Shown: positions 1-8,647, counted from the stretch's first letter. The stretch: 64,000 nt of DNA from Thermodesulfobacteriota bacterium (GCA_035325995.1 DAOKYU010000004.1:69415-133414); one strand, 5' to 3'. A program made the numbers and translations. Notes: generated by a model from the letters alone, not told the origin.

Positions 1-350
1 TCCAGAACCTGCCCATTATTCTTATTTCGTCCCCCTTGGCGATGCGGGTGCCGTCGTCCTCGAAGTAAACGTTGACCTTGTTTTTCTCCGGGTCTTTCAG
101 CTCGAAAATAGCGAACCTTTCGCCCTTGAGCGACTGTTTGTACTCTACCTTCGTCACCCTGCCTTCGAGCGAGACCTTGAGCTTGTCGAACTGTTTGGGG
201 TTTGAGACGACCTCGGCAATGGTGACGTGTATGATATTCGATCCCGTTCCGGGGGCGTCGATGTCAGCGGGCTCGTTCTCTCCCTGTGCGCCTGCATGGA
301 CCACGGGAATCAACAACAAGGCCAGGATTAAAAAAGTGATAATCTTCATA
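1..350 (-). CDS. BOF/YgiW-like periplasmic OB-fold protein (DUF388-like); N-terminal part only, the gene runs off the left edge
   Basis: Reverse translation from the ATG at about 348-350 gives MKIITFLILALLLIPVVHA..., a clear signal peptide. It continues HVTIAEVVSNPKQFDKLKVSLEGRVTKV...FAIFELKD...VNVYFEDD, which matches the YgiW/BOF beta-barrel pattern. It is absent from the ORF track because it has no in-window stop. Confidence 0.55.
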
Positions 351-526
351 AAAACACTCACTTCCCTTTAAAACGTTATGTTGATAGTATATGCATCGGC
401 CGGCGATATTCTATGCCCCGGGCCGAAATTCCATATCCCAAGAGCCGGCGAAATACGCCGGGAAGGGTTAAATTAACCTTCGCAACCGGTTACAATTGCA
501 GGAGAAAATCAGAGGGGGACGCAAAC

Positions 527-1327
527 ATGTCGACTATATTCGTCCGGAAGTTAAACGGGCTTTTGAAAACGGAGCTCATGGGGAAGGTCATACATTATCA
601 CGAGGAGACCGGCTCGACCAACTCCGTACTCTACAGGCTGGCCGAGAACGGCGCGTCCGAGGGGACCGTTGTCGTAGCCGACATGCAGACCGAAGGCAAG
701 GGGAGGCTCGGGCGGACATGGATATCCCCGCCGGGCGTAAACCTTTATTTATCCGTCCTCCTGAGGCCCTCCATAGCCGCGTACGACGCCCCTCTCCTTA
801 CGTTCACGGCATCCATAGCTATAGCAGAGACTATGAAGAGAACGGGAATCCCGGAGCCGACCATAAAGTGGCCGAACGACGTCGTCATAGACGGCAGGAA
901 GGCGGCCGGCGTGCTCACCGAAATGAAGCTCAAGGGTGAAAGAGCGGAATTCGTAATCGTCGGCATAGGCGTGAACATCAACATGACCGCCGAGGCGATG
1001 AGGCGCGACATGGGGGAGGTATCGAAAACGGCGACGTCGCTCAGGGAAGCGCTCGGGAGGGAAATAGACAGGGCCAAGTTCACGGCGGACCTCCTCTTGG
1101 AGCTCGAAGCCTGGTACCGGACGTTCACCGGGCGCGGGAAGTCCGCCTTGCTCGCCGAATGGACGGAGAGGTGGGGCGCACGCGGGCAGAGGGTCTGGGT
1201 GAGTCTCGAGGATAAGACCGCCTTTCAGGGGATCGCCGAAGGAATAGACAACGACGGACACATGCTCGTGAGAAGGGAAGACGGCGAGCTCGTTACAGTC
1301 GTCGCGGGGGACGTCAGCACGCTTTAG
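527..1327 (+). CDS. birA: Biotin--[acetyl-CoA-carboxylase] ligase (BirA, catalytic type without an N-terminal HTH)
   Basis: The protein from the internal Met (MSTIFVRKLNG...) has the BPL/LPL catalytic motifs GRLGRTW and KWPNDV and a C-terminal SH3-like tail. A GAGGGGGA RBS lies about 8 nt upstream of the ATG at 527. The longer ORF from 413 has no RBS. Confidence 0.85.
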   Translation: MSTIFVRKLNGLLKTELMGKVIHYHEETGSTNSVLYRLAENGASEGTVVVADMQTEGKGRLGRTWISPPGVNLYLSVLLRPSIAAYDAPLLTFTASIAIAETMKRTGIPEPTIKWPNDVVIDGRKAAGVLTEMKLKGERAEFVIVGIGVNINMTAEAMRRDMGEVSKTATSLREALGREIDRAKFTADLLLELEAWYRTFTGRGKSALLAEWTERWGARGQRVWVSLEDKTAFQGIAEGIDNDGHMLVRREDGELVTVVAGDVSTL

Positions 1328-1673
1328 CCGGGAATTCACCGGACGGCGTGCGGACCAGAATTAAAATTTCGTCGCGCACATTTTTCATAAGAGCCGTCCA
1401 TTCGCTTATGAGCGAGGCGTCGTTTTCGGGGAGAGTCTTTCTTATCTCGATGCCCGTCCGCGTCGGCTTCACGCGGCAATCCTTGTAAGACTCGTTTATC
1501 TTCGCGCCGAACCTGTAAAGCGCTTTGACGGTGCTGCCGTCCGCGCCGCTGAACCTCGAAACCAGGATGATTTCCTGGTCGAATCCTTCGAAGACCAGGC
1601 TCCAGAGGCTTGCGCCCGATTCCATGCCGAAAGAAAGGGTTATCCTGTCGGGCTCTTTCGTTTCGTTCCCCAT
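1314..1673 (-). CDS. Hypothetical protein (119 aa), no recognisable family
   Basis: Clean ORF with a GGGGG RBS, codon usage like its neighbours, and no competing ORF on the other strand. It overlaps the birA stop convergently by 14 nt. Confidence 0.45.
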   Translation of the reverse strand: MGNETKEPDRITLSFGMESGASLWSLVFEGFDQEIILVSRFSGADGSTVKALYRFGAKINESYKDCRVKPTRTGIEIRKTLPENDASLISEWTALMKNVRDEILILVRTPSGEFPAKAC

Positions 1674-1763
1674 ATGAACCCCCGGGTCACCGGCCTTACG
1701 GAAAAAAGGAGAGGCGCCGGAACGGGCAGCCCGTTCCGGCGCACGTGATTTAAATGCCTGTTT

Positions 1764-2768
1764 TTACTGACCGCCGCCGCCAAGCGCCGCAAGCCTTTCC
1801 CTCGCCGTAGCGGCATAACCCGCGTACTGACCCTGTTCGAGGGACATTTCGAGAAACTTCCTATAATACATTATAGCCTGCTGGGCATTATTTTCCCTGT
1901 CGTATCCCTGTGCTATGAAGAAGTAGGAATCCGGGTAGTTCGGATTGAGCGTGATGGCCTCCTTCTGGCGGGCGATACTCTGATTGAGCTGGTTCATGTA
2001 GAAGTAGGTGATCCCGAGGTTCATGTACGCCGGCGCGTATTTGGGATTGAGCTGTATCGCTTTCTGATACTCGTCGATCGCCGCGTTGTAGTTACCCTGG
2101 GTCCTCAGCACGGTGCCGAAGAGGTTGTGGATCTGCGCCGAGGGAGCTATTTCGGCGGCCTTCCTGAAATACTCGCTCGCCTGGCCGTAGGAGCGCTTCT
2201 TGTAGAAGTAGGCGTTCCCGAGGCCTATGTAGGCGGGGATGTATTCGGGATCGAGCTCGATGACCTTTTTGATTTCGGGCGAATCGGGATTCTCGCCGCT
2301 CGCTGCCCAGAGAACGTAAAGGGCTTCGGGGTTGTTCGGGTTCTGAGAGAGAACTTTTTTCGCCGTGGCTATGGCCTCTTTTTCCCAGCTTAGATGAAGG
2401 TAGTTGTAAGCGAGCGCAATCTGCGTCTGTTCGAGATTCGGGCCGAGCTCGAGCGCCTTCACTATATTCTTGTACGCGAGATTGTAAAACTCTTCGTAGT
2501 CTTCCTTGACCTGATACCTGTAAGAACCCATGAACGAATATACTTCGCCGAGGCCGGCGTATGCCGCCGCGTCCTTGGGGTTGGCCTGAATCGCGCGGTT
2601 GTAAAGCGATATGGCTTCCTCGAATCCTTCCGGGGTGAACTTAAGGAACGCCTCTCTCGCCTGCTTGTCCAGCGCGGCCGCATCCTCGGCCGAAGCCGGC
2701 AATGCGGCAAGCTGCAAAACCCCGAAAACGGCGGCGGGGAGCAGCAGATAAAGAATGAATTTTCTCAT
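1764..2768 (-). CDS. TPR-repeat protein with signal peptide
   Basis: MRKFILYLLLPAAVFGVLQLAALPASA signal peptide followed by multiple 34-residue TPR-like repeats (AxxYxxLGxxY...). A GGAGG RBS lies 7 nt upstream of the ATG at 2768. Confidence 0.8.
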   Translation of the reverse strand: MRKFILYLLLPAAVFGVLQLAALPASAEDAAALDKQAREAFLKFTPEGFEEAISLYNRAIQANPKDAAAYAGLGEVYSFMGSYRYQVKEDYEEFYNLAYKNIVKALELGPNLEQTQIALAYNYLHLSWEKEAIATAKKVLSQNPNNPEALYVLWAASGENPDSPEIKKVIELDPEYIPAYIGLGNAYFYKKRSYGQASEYFRKAAEIAPSAQIHNLFGTVLRTQGNYNAAIDEYQKAIQLNPKYAPAYMNLGITYFYMNQLNQSIARQKEAITLNPNYPDSYFFIAQGYDRENNAQQAIMYYRKFLEMSLEQGQYAGYAATARERLAALGGGGQ

Positions 2769-2810
2769 CACTACCTCCATGGAATTTACCCTCAGAAAGA
2801 TTATAAATTT

Positions 2811-3344
2811 TTACTGGTAAGTCTCAAGTATGTACTTCACTATTTCCTCGGCGAGGCTCTCGTATATATCCTTCGCCATGAACCCGAGTGAGCTGAAGCC
2901 GTTTACCTCCCCCGTTGAAATCTCGTCCCCGGTAGCTTTATTGACGATGGCCAGCTTTATGGTTATGGCAACCTCGCCGAACTTGAGCGAGCCGCCCTCG
3001 AAGGAAACGTCCGAGCTCGGCCTGTATTCGCTTACCTCTCCCAGCACTACAACGGTGTCCGTCGCGGGGATGTTTTCGATCTTGCCGAACTTCACTTCCT
3101 TGAACTTGTTCTTGGATTCGAGTAGCGCCGCCGCCTGCTCGGGGACCTTGGACAGGGCCTCTTCGGGGAAGTTCACTATCTCCGTTTCAAAATTCTCGAA
3201 CTGGACGGCCTGGTACTGCTGGAGCTTCGTCGTCGTGGGGGTGAAGTAGGAAGTAGTCTTTATATTGGTGCAGCCCGGGATCAGGAGCGCGAGCAAAGCC
3301 AGCGATAACACAGTAAGACGGACGGAATTATTTGCTCTCCTCAT
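2811..3344 (-). CDS. Lipoprotein of unknown function
   Basis: Signal peptide with a lipobox (LLIPGC). AAGGAGG RBS. No recognisable catalytic motifs. Confidence 0.7.
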   Translation of the reverse strand: MRRANNSVRLTVLSLALLALLIPGCTNIKTTSYFTPTTTKLQQYQAVQFENFETEIVNFPEEALSKVPEQAAALLESKNKFKEVKFGKIENIPATDTVVVLGEVSEYRPSSDVSFEGGSLKFGEVAITIKLAIVNKATGDEISTGEVNGFSSLGFMAKDIYESLAEEIVKYILETYQ

Positions 3345-3457
3345 TGAGAACCTGCCTCCTTTGTAAATAAGTACTATAAAATAGCATACTTCCCAGATTT
3401 GATAAATATTAATGTGGTAAAATCTGTCTTAATGGGGGCCACGGAGGCAGCATGACG

Positions 3458-3499
3458 CATTTTGTCACGTGTTGCACACGCGTGACAAAATATGTCACC
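3458..3499. promoter_or_regulatory. Palindromic upstream activator-like element (core GTGACAAAATATGTCAC, with a second inverted half, ATTTTGTCACG, upstream)
   Basis: Perfect inverted repeat GTGACA-N5-TGTCAC. It is conserved in front of the second pilin gene (4397-4413) and lies about 120 bp upstream of a sigma-54 -24/-12 element. Confidence 0.55.
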
Positions 3500-3608
3500 T
3501 AATGCGAGTTTTCGGATCCCGGCATATTCATCGGCGATCTTAATATAGACAACAAACTATCATTGAATAATGGGATGTTATAGAGAACGACGCTTCGGGG
3601 CGCGTTGA

Positions 3609-3624
3609 TGGCACGGGCTTTGCA
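3609..3624 (+). promoter_or_regulatory. Sigma-54 (RpoN) -24/-12 promoter TGGCACgggctTTGCA
   Basis: Exact match to the TGGCAC-N5-TTGCA consensus. It sits about 40 bp upstream of the pilin start, with the AAAGGAGG RBS (3651-3658) in between. Confidence 0.7.
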
Positions 3625-3665
3625 GAGATTCTAATTAAATTCAAATCCGAAAAGGAGGTTTTGAT

Positions 3666-4262
3666 ATGTCACGCAAGGAAATCAGACGTAAAAAGGATGA
3701 GAAAGGTTTTACGCTCATAGAGCTCCTGGTCGTTGCGGCCATCATCGGCATACTACTCGCGATAGCTATACCCAACCTTATGAAGGCCAGGATGTCGGCT
3801 AACGAGGCGAACGCCAGGAAGTCGATGCAGACCCTCAGGGACGCCGAAGGCGAGTACTTCGAGCAAGACCTGGATAACAACGGGCAGAGGGATTTTATAG
3901 ATAATATAGGGAGCTTAAGCGATAGCCCGTCGCTTAGAGCCCCGGACGAGAACGAAAACACCGAAGAGAACGCCCTTATAGACAGCAGCTTTGAAGGTGC
4001 GGTAGCTACAGGCGAAACCGCTGAGTGCACTGATTCCAAGGCGGGATATTGCATAAAATGGGATGAGGCAATAGTAGAGGCTTCACAAGATTCCTTCGAC
4101 GACTTCGGCTGGCAGACCAGTATGACGAGCTACAACAAGACCGGAAGAAGGGACTTCTCCGTGTACGGCGATGGTGCCATCAGGTGTACCGTAAGCAGCA
4201 TTGACACCGCAGGTGATCCGGGCGCATTCGATGCTGACCGCGAATCACCGGGATGCGACTAA
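3666..4262 (+). CDS. pilA: Type IV pilin (PilA-like major pilin) with prepilin N-methylation signal
   Basis: Class III leader ...KG/FTLIELLVVAAIIGILLAIAIPN. A long alpha-1 helix followed by a globular domain with 4 Cys (two predicted disulfides). The N-terminal 55 aa closely resemble Myxococcus/Geobacter-type PilA. The opposite-strand ORF 3641..4054 is a shadow. Confidence 0.85.
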   Translation: MSRKEIRRKKDEKGFTLIELLVVAAIIGILLAIAIPNLMKARMSANEANARKSMQTLRDAEGEYFEQDLDNNGQRDFIDNIGSLSDSPSLRAPDENENTEENALIDSSFEGAVATGETAECTDSKAGYCIKWDEAIVEASQDSFDDFGWQTSMTSYNKTGRRDFSVYGDGAIRCTVSSIDTAGDPGAFDADRESPGCD

Positions 4263-4306
4263 TACGAAACGTATTTAACCTGTAGAATCAAGATATAGAA
4301 TACGCG

Positions 4307-4345
4307 GGGAGGGATTCCGAAAGGAAGTCCCTCCCTTTATTATAT
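4307..4345 (+). terminator. Intrinsic (Rho-independent) terminator after the first pilin gene
   Basis: GGGAGGGATTCC-GAAA-GGAAGTCCCTCCC forms a 12-bp GC-rich stem with a GAAA tetraloop, followed by TTTATTATAT. Confidence 0.7.
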
Positions 4346-4380
4346 GTGCCATATTATACTGTGTGAGATACGACAGTCGA

Positions 4381-4414
4381 TGACATTTGCACAGGCGTGA
4401 CAAAATTTGTCATC
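4381..4414. promoter_or_regulatory. Second copy of the palindromic upstream element (GTGACAAAATTTGTCAT, preceded by TGACATTTGCACA)
   Basis: Shares TTGCACA(C/G)GCGTGACAAAAT(A/T)TGTCA with 3458-3499. It lies about 125 bp upstream of the second sigma-54-type promoter. Confidence 0.55.
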
Positions 4415-4529
4415 AGTTTCTGAAGAAGAGGAGCGGAAGCGGAAGTCCGATATCCGCCTGCATGATATAAATCAACAATAGCAGTAAATTAGAAAATTAG
4501 CATAAGACCTAAGGCCCTGGTGACGTTTT

Positions 4530-4545
4530 TGGTATGCAAATTGCA
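4530..4545 (+). promoter_or_regulatory. Sigma-54-type -24/-12 promoter TGGTATgcaaaTTGCA
   Basis: GG and GC have the canonical 10-nt spacing. It sits directly upstream of the second pilin start. Confidence 0.55.
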
Positions 4546-4561
4546 ATTATAAAAGCGGGAA

Positions 4562-5173
4562 ATGGTAAAAGCCATGAACAACTTTCGTAATTCTGCCCGC
4601 GACAATGGTTTTACGCTCATAGAGCTGCTAGTCGTGGCGGCGATAATAGGCATCCTGCTTGCGATTGCGATACCCAATCTTTTAAAGGCCCGTATATCCG
4701 CAAACGAGGTAAACGCGAGAAAGGCTCTACAAACCCTGAAGGACGCCGAGTACGAATACTTCGAGCAGGACCTCGACGACGACGGGACGAGGAATTTCAC
4801 TAATTTGATCGGCTCGATGGGAACAGCAGGCTCGCTCAGGGACCCGTCGGGAATGGACGACGAGCAGGACGCCCTCATAGATGCCACTTTCGAGTATGCA
4901 GTAGTTGAGGATGGAAGTGTAGCGGACTCGGCAGACTGCTTGGATCCTAAGGCGGGCTACTGCCTTTCATGGAGCGGCGACGCGGAAGCAGACGCGCTTT
5001 CGCTCCAGGGCGACTTCGGATGGGAGGCCTCCATGACGAGCGCCAAGGTAAACGGGAGAAAGGATTTCTCGGCCTTCGCCGACAAGGTCATAAAGTGCAC
5101 CGTGACGACGCAGGGCTCGGGCGCCGTCGGCACGTTCGAATCCTCGAGGACGGATTCGGACTGCGATGGCTGA
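4562..5173 (+). CDS. Type IV pilin paralogue (PilA-like)
   Basis: ...NGFTLIELLVVAAIIGILLAIAIPNLLKARISANEVNARK... It is about 45% identical overall to the upstream pilin, with the same 4-Cys pattern. The start may instead be the Met at 4574. Confidence 0.8.
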   Translation: MVKAMNNFRNSARDNGFTLIELLVVAAIIGILLAIAIPNLLKARISANEVNARKALQTLKDAEYEYFEQDLDDDGTRNFTNLIGSMGTAGSLRDPSGMDDEQDALIDATFEYAVVEDGSVADSADCLDPKAGYCLSWSGDAEADALSLQGDFGWEASMTSAKVNGRKDFSAFADKVIKCTVTTQGSGAVGTFESSRTDSDCDG

Positions 5174-5265
5174 AGGCGCCGAAGGGCCGTCCCTGGATTT
5201 GGCATCCTCTACTTATAAACTTGTTGCTTCAAAAGACCTGAGGACATATATTTAGTTGTCTCGTT

Positions 5266-6216
5266 ATGTCTGACGCGCTTCGTATTACAAATCTCGTAAA
5301 GGACTACAAGACCGGGTTTCTCGGCAAGATGACCCGCGTGCTCAGGAACGTGACGTTCTCCGTCGAGAAGGGGGAGATATTCGGCTTCATCGGCCCGAAC
5401 GGCGCCGGCAAAACCACCACGTTTAAATCCATACTCGGGTTCGCGAAACCCACGGAAGGAACCATCGAGCTCCTGGGCAGGGATTCGGGAGACCCCGATG
5501 CCAAGCGCAAGATCGGCTATCTCCCGGAGAACCCCTACTTCTACGATTACCTCACGGGAGAGGAGCTACTGATCTACATGGGCGAGCTCCACGGTCTCGG
5601 GCGCAAGTATCTTACGGAAAAATCGGGCGAGCTCCTGGAGAAGGTGAGGATGTCCCACGCCGGTAATGTGCAGATGAGAAAGTATTCGAAGGGGATGCTC
5701 CAGAGGATAGGAATCGCGCAGTCACTCATCAACGACCCCGAGTTCATAATCCTCGACGAGCCGATGAGCGGGCTCGATCCCATAGGCAGGCGCGAGATAA
5801 AGGACCTCATACTCGAAGAGAAGAGGAAGGGGAAGACAATACTCTTGAGCTCGCACATGCTTTCGGACGTCGAGGCGCTCTGCGACCGCGTCGGAATAAT
5901 AATGGGCGGAACGCTCATAAAGACGGGGACACTCGGCGAGCTTTTGAAGGAGATACACACCGACTACGAGATGCACGTCGAGGGAGCGCCGGAAGAAATC
6001 AAGGGAGCGGTAAAGGATATGCCTGTCGAGATGGAGCACAGGGCGGGTTACGTCGTGCTCAAGTTCGACGAGGACATAAGGCGCGGCGTGATAGAGGCCG
6101 TGTCGAAAACGAAGGCCGAAATAATATCGCTCCATCCCGTAAGGAGATCGCTCGAAGGGCTCTTCGTCGAGGAGGCGAAGAAGGAAAGCCCGGTAAAGGA
6201 AGGCGCCGGGGCATAG
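5266..6216 (+). CDS. ABC transporter ATP-binding protein (ABC-2 subfamily, with C-terminal extension)
   Basis: Walker A GPNGAGKTT, signature YSKGMLQRIG, Walker B ILDEP, H-loop. Confidence 0.9.
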   Translation: MSDALRITNLVKDYKTGFLGKMTRVLRNVTFSVEKGEIFGFIGPNGAGKTTTFKSILGFAKPTEGTIELLGRDSGDPDAKRKIGYLPENPYFYDYLTGEELLIYMGELHGLGRKYLTEKSGELLEKVRMSHAGNVQMRKYSKGMLQRIGIAQSLINDPEFIILDEPMSGLDPIGRREIKDLILEEKRKGKTILLSSHMLSDVEALCDRVGIIMGGTLIKTGTLGELLKEIHTDYEMHVEGAPEEIKGAVKDMPVEMEHRAGYVVLKFDEDIRRGVIEAVSKTKAEIISLHPVRRSLEGLFVEEAKKESPVKEGAGA

Positions 6217-6264
6217 TCCCCGTGCAGGCAGCCACCGCTCCGGAAGCACACGACGGAAAACGAG

Positions 6265-7068
6265 ATGAGAAGAATTTTAAGCGTTGCGCACAACACGTTC
6301 ATGGAAGCCATAAGGGACAGGGTGCTCTACAGCCTCGTCCTCTTCGCGCTCCTTATGATAGTGAGCTCCCTCGTTTTCGCAAGCATATCGGCCGAGCAGT
6401 ACAACAAGATAGTAAAGGACCTCGGCCTCACTGCCATATCCGTAATCGGGATACTTATCTCCGTATTCCTCGGCATAGGGCTCGTTTATAAGGAGGTCGA
6501 GAAGAAGACCGTCTACAACATATTCTCGAAGCCCGTGAGGAGGTACGAATTCATACTCGGGAAGTATCTCGGGCTCGGCCTTACGCTGTTCATTATCACG
6601 CTCGGAATGGCGCTCATACTTTTCCTCATCGTCCTTTACATCGAGATAAAATACGCGGGACTCATAAACTTCTATTACGGCGGGCACTTCTACGCGGAAT
6701 TCTTTAACGCGGTCTATTTCGAGTACCTGGAATTCCTGATCGTCATCGGGATTGCGCTCGTCTTTTCGAGCTTCACGACGCCCGTCATGAGCGCACTGTT
6801 CACGTTCTTCGTTTTCGCCATAGGGAGATTTTCGAGTGACATACGGCTGTTCGCGGAGGAAATCAAAAATCCCGTCACGGCCGTTTTCTCCGAGGCGGTT
6901 TACAGGGTGATCCCGAACCTCGAAAAATTCGACGTCAGGAACGAGGCCGTTTACGGGGGGACCGTAAACCCTGACCTCATACTGTATACCACGGCCTACG
7001 CCGTCATCTATGCCGCCGCACTCCTGATACTCGCGATAATCATATTCGAGAAGAAAGAATTCAAGTAA
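6265..7068 (+). CDS. ABC-2 family transporter permease
   Basis: About 6 predicted TM helices. The architecture is typical of ABC-2/NosY-like permeases. It follows the ATPase directly. Confidence 0.8.
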   Translation: MRRILSVAHNTFMEAIRDRVLYSLVLFALLMIVSSLVFASISAEQYNKIVKDLGLTAISVIGILISVFLGIGLVYKEVEKKTVYNIFSKPVRRYEFILGKYLGLGLTLFIITLGMALILFLIVLYIEIKYAGLINFYYGGHFYAEFFNAVYFEYLEFLIVIGIALVFSSFTTPVMSALFTFFVFAIGRFSSDIRLFAEEIKNPVTAVFSEAVYRVIPNLEKFDVRNEAVYGGTVNPDLILYTTAYAVIYAAALLILAIIIFEKKEFK

Positions 7069-8166
7069 GTGATTGCCGTGAAGAAGGGTAGAACAACCAT
7101 ATTTGGCCTTATCGCTATCGCCGCGCTCGTGGCGATATCGATACCGTTTCAGGTGAGGATAGACGACATAAGGGGGAAGTTCCGCTCCGTCGAGGAGAGC
7201 CTCTACCTGTCCTCGTCTTCGCTCAGGAAAATATCACTCGGATATACGGAGCTGCTCTCGGACATATACTGGATGAGGGCGATCCAGTATTTCGGAAGCA
7301 GAAAGACAGGAGAGCAGAACCCGGAGCTCCTCTACCATTACTTCGACATAATAACCGACCTCGACCCCCGGTTCGTTAACGCCTACAGGTACGGCGGCAC
7401 GTTTCTCGCCGAGCCCGCCCCGTTCGGGCTCGGTAAGTTCGACATGGGCGTCTCGCTTATGGAGAAGGGGAGGAAGAACAATCCCGACAATTTCAGGCTG
7501 CCCCTCGAAGAAGCCTTCCTCTACTATTTTTACCCGAAGGACTACGTGAAGGCGGCGGAGCTCTTCCGGGAAGCCGCCCAAAAGCCCGGTGTCGCCGGGT
7601 CGAGGAAGGCGTCGGTGAAGGGTATGGCCGCCGCGGCGCTGGCCAAAGGCGGGAACAGGGACCTCTCGAAGGAGATATGGCAGATAATCTACGAAACGAG
7701 CCCGAGCGAAGGGAGGCGGAATTTCGCGTCCCGGAACCTCCAGGAAATAGAGACCATGGAGATGGAGGACGAGCTCACGGCGGCGCTTATCGAATACCGG
7801 AAGGATTACGGGAAGCTCCCCGGCTCGGTGAAAGAGCTGGCCGCCGCCGGGTACGTGAAGGGCGGCATTCCCGCCGCACCGATAGGCGGGGAGTTCGTCG
7901 TCGCCCCCGACCTCGGCACCGTGCGGAATACCGAGCTCGCATCGAGGAAGCTGAAGGAGGCGCTCGCGTTCCTCAACTCGAAGGCCGTCAGGTTCAGGAA
8001 GATATACGGCGGGTACCCGCGTGACCTCGGCGAGCTGAAAGCGTTCGTCGAGCAGGAAACGACCGGCGAATTCCCGGAGCATCCGATGGGAGAGGAATTC
8101 GTCTATGATCCCGCGTCAGGAATAGTCGAATCTGAATGGAAGTACGAAGAAAGTAAGGAGCGGTAA
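7069..8166 (+). CDS. Membrane-anchored TPR-like accessory protein of the ABC system
   Basis: The GTG start abuts the permease stop. It has an N-terminal TM helix and helical repeat-like segments. The antisense ORF 7234..8082 is rejected as Arg/Pro-rich shadow. Confidence 0.6.
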   Translation: MIAVKKGRTTIFGLIAIAALVAISIPFQVRIDDIRGKFRSVEESLYLSSSSLRKISLGYTELLSDIYWMRAIQYFGSRKTGEQNPELLYHYFDIITDLDPRFVNAYRYGGTFLAEPAPFGLGKFDMGVSLMEKGRKNNPDNFRLPLEEAFLYYFYPKDYVKAAELFREAAQKPGVAGSRKASVKGMAAAALAKGGNRDLSKEIWQIIYETSPSEGRRNFASRNLQEIETMEMEDELTAALIEYRKDYGKLPGSVKELAAAGYVKGGIPAAPIGGEFVVAPDLGTVRNTELASRKLKEALAFLNSKAVRFRKIYGGYPRDLGELKAFVEQETTGEFPEHPMGEEFVYDPASGIVESEWKYEESKER

Positions 8167-8170
8167 GCGC

Positions 8171-8647
8171 TCAGGAGATTTCGAGCACGATAAACTCCCT
8201 CACACCGCCCGGCGCATTGACCACGACTTCGTCGTCTATGCTCTTCCCTATGAGCGCCCTTCCTATAGGAGATGTGATCGAGATGAAGCCGTTTTCGGGC
8301 TCGGACTCGTCGGGGCCGACGAGCTGGTAGGTTACGGTCTCGCCCGTATCGAGGTTTTCGAGCTTGACCGACACGCCGAAGGTTACCCTGTCCTTGTTTT
8401 TCAGCGCGGCAGGGTCTATGACCTCTGCCCTGCTGAGCTTGCTTTCGAGCTCCTGTATCCTCCCCTCGACGAAGGACTGCCTCTGCTTCGCGGTTTCGTA
8501 CTCGGCGTTTTCCGAAAGGTCTCCCAGCGACCTCGCGTATTCGATAAGCTTGATGACCTCCTGCCTTTCGACTGTCTTGAGCCTCTTCAGCTCCTCCTGG
8601 AGCTTCCTGTGCCCGTTCGGCGTCATCGGTACCCTTTCAATCGACAT
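8171..8647 (-). CDS. greA: Transcription elongation factor GreA
   Basis: Start is MSIERVPMT. Coiled-coil N-terminal domain plus FKBP-like C-terminal domain. AAGGGAGAG RBS in front of the Met at 8647. Confidence 0.9.
   Translation of the reverse strand: MSIERVPMTPNGHRKLQEELKRLKTVERQEVIKLIEYARSLGDLSENAEYETAKQRQSFVEGRIQELESKLSRAEVIDPAALKNKDRVTFGVSVKLENLDTGETVTYQLVGPDESEPENGFISITSPIGRALIGKSIDDEVVVNAPGGVREFIVLEIS

Noticed and set aside
5174-5265. Possible sigma-54 promoter or terminator between pilin-2 and the ABC ATPase gene
   Set aside because: TGGCAT is present but the spacing to TTGC does not fit -24/-12. Only a weak 4-bp stem is present. A TTGTTG…ACATAT sigma-70-like promoter is possible, but read-through from pilin-2 cannot be excluded.
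7234-8082. 282-aa minus-strand ORF overlapping the ABC accessory gene
   Set aside because: Arg/Pro-rich antisense frame. The plus-strand gene has a TM anchor, operon continuity and start/stop coupling.
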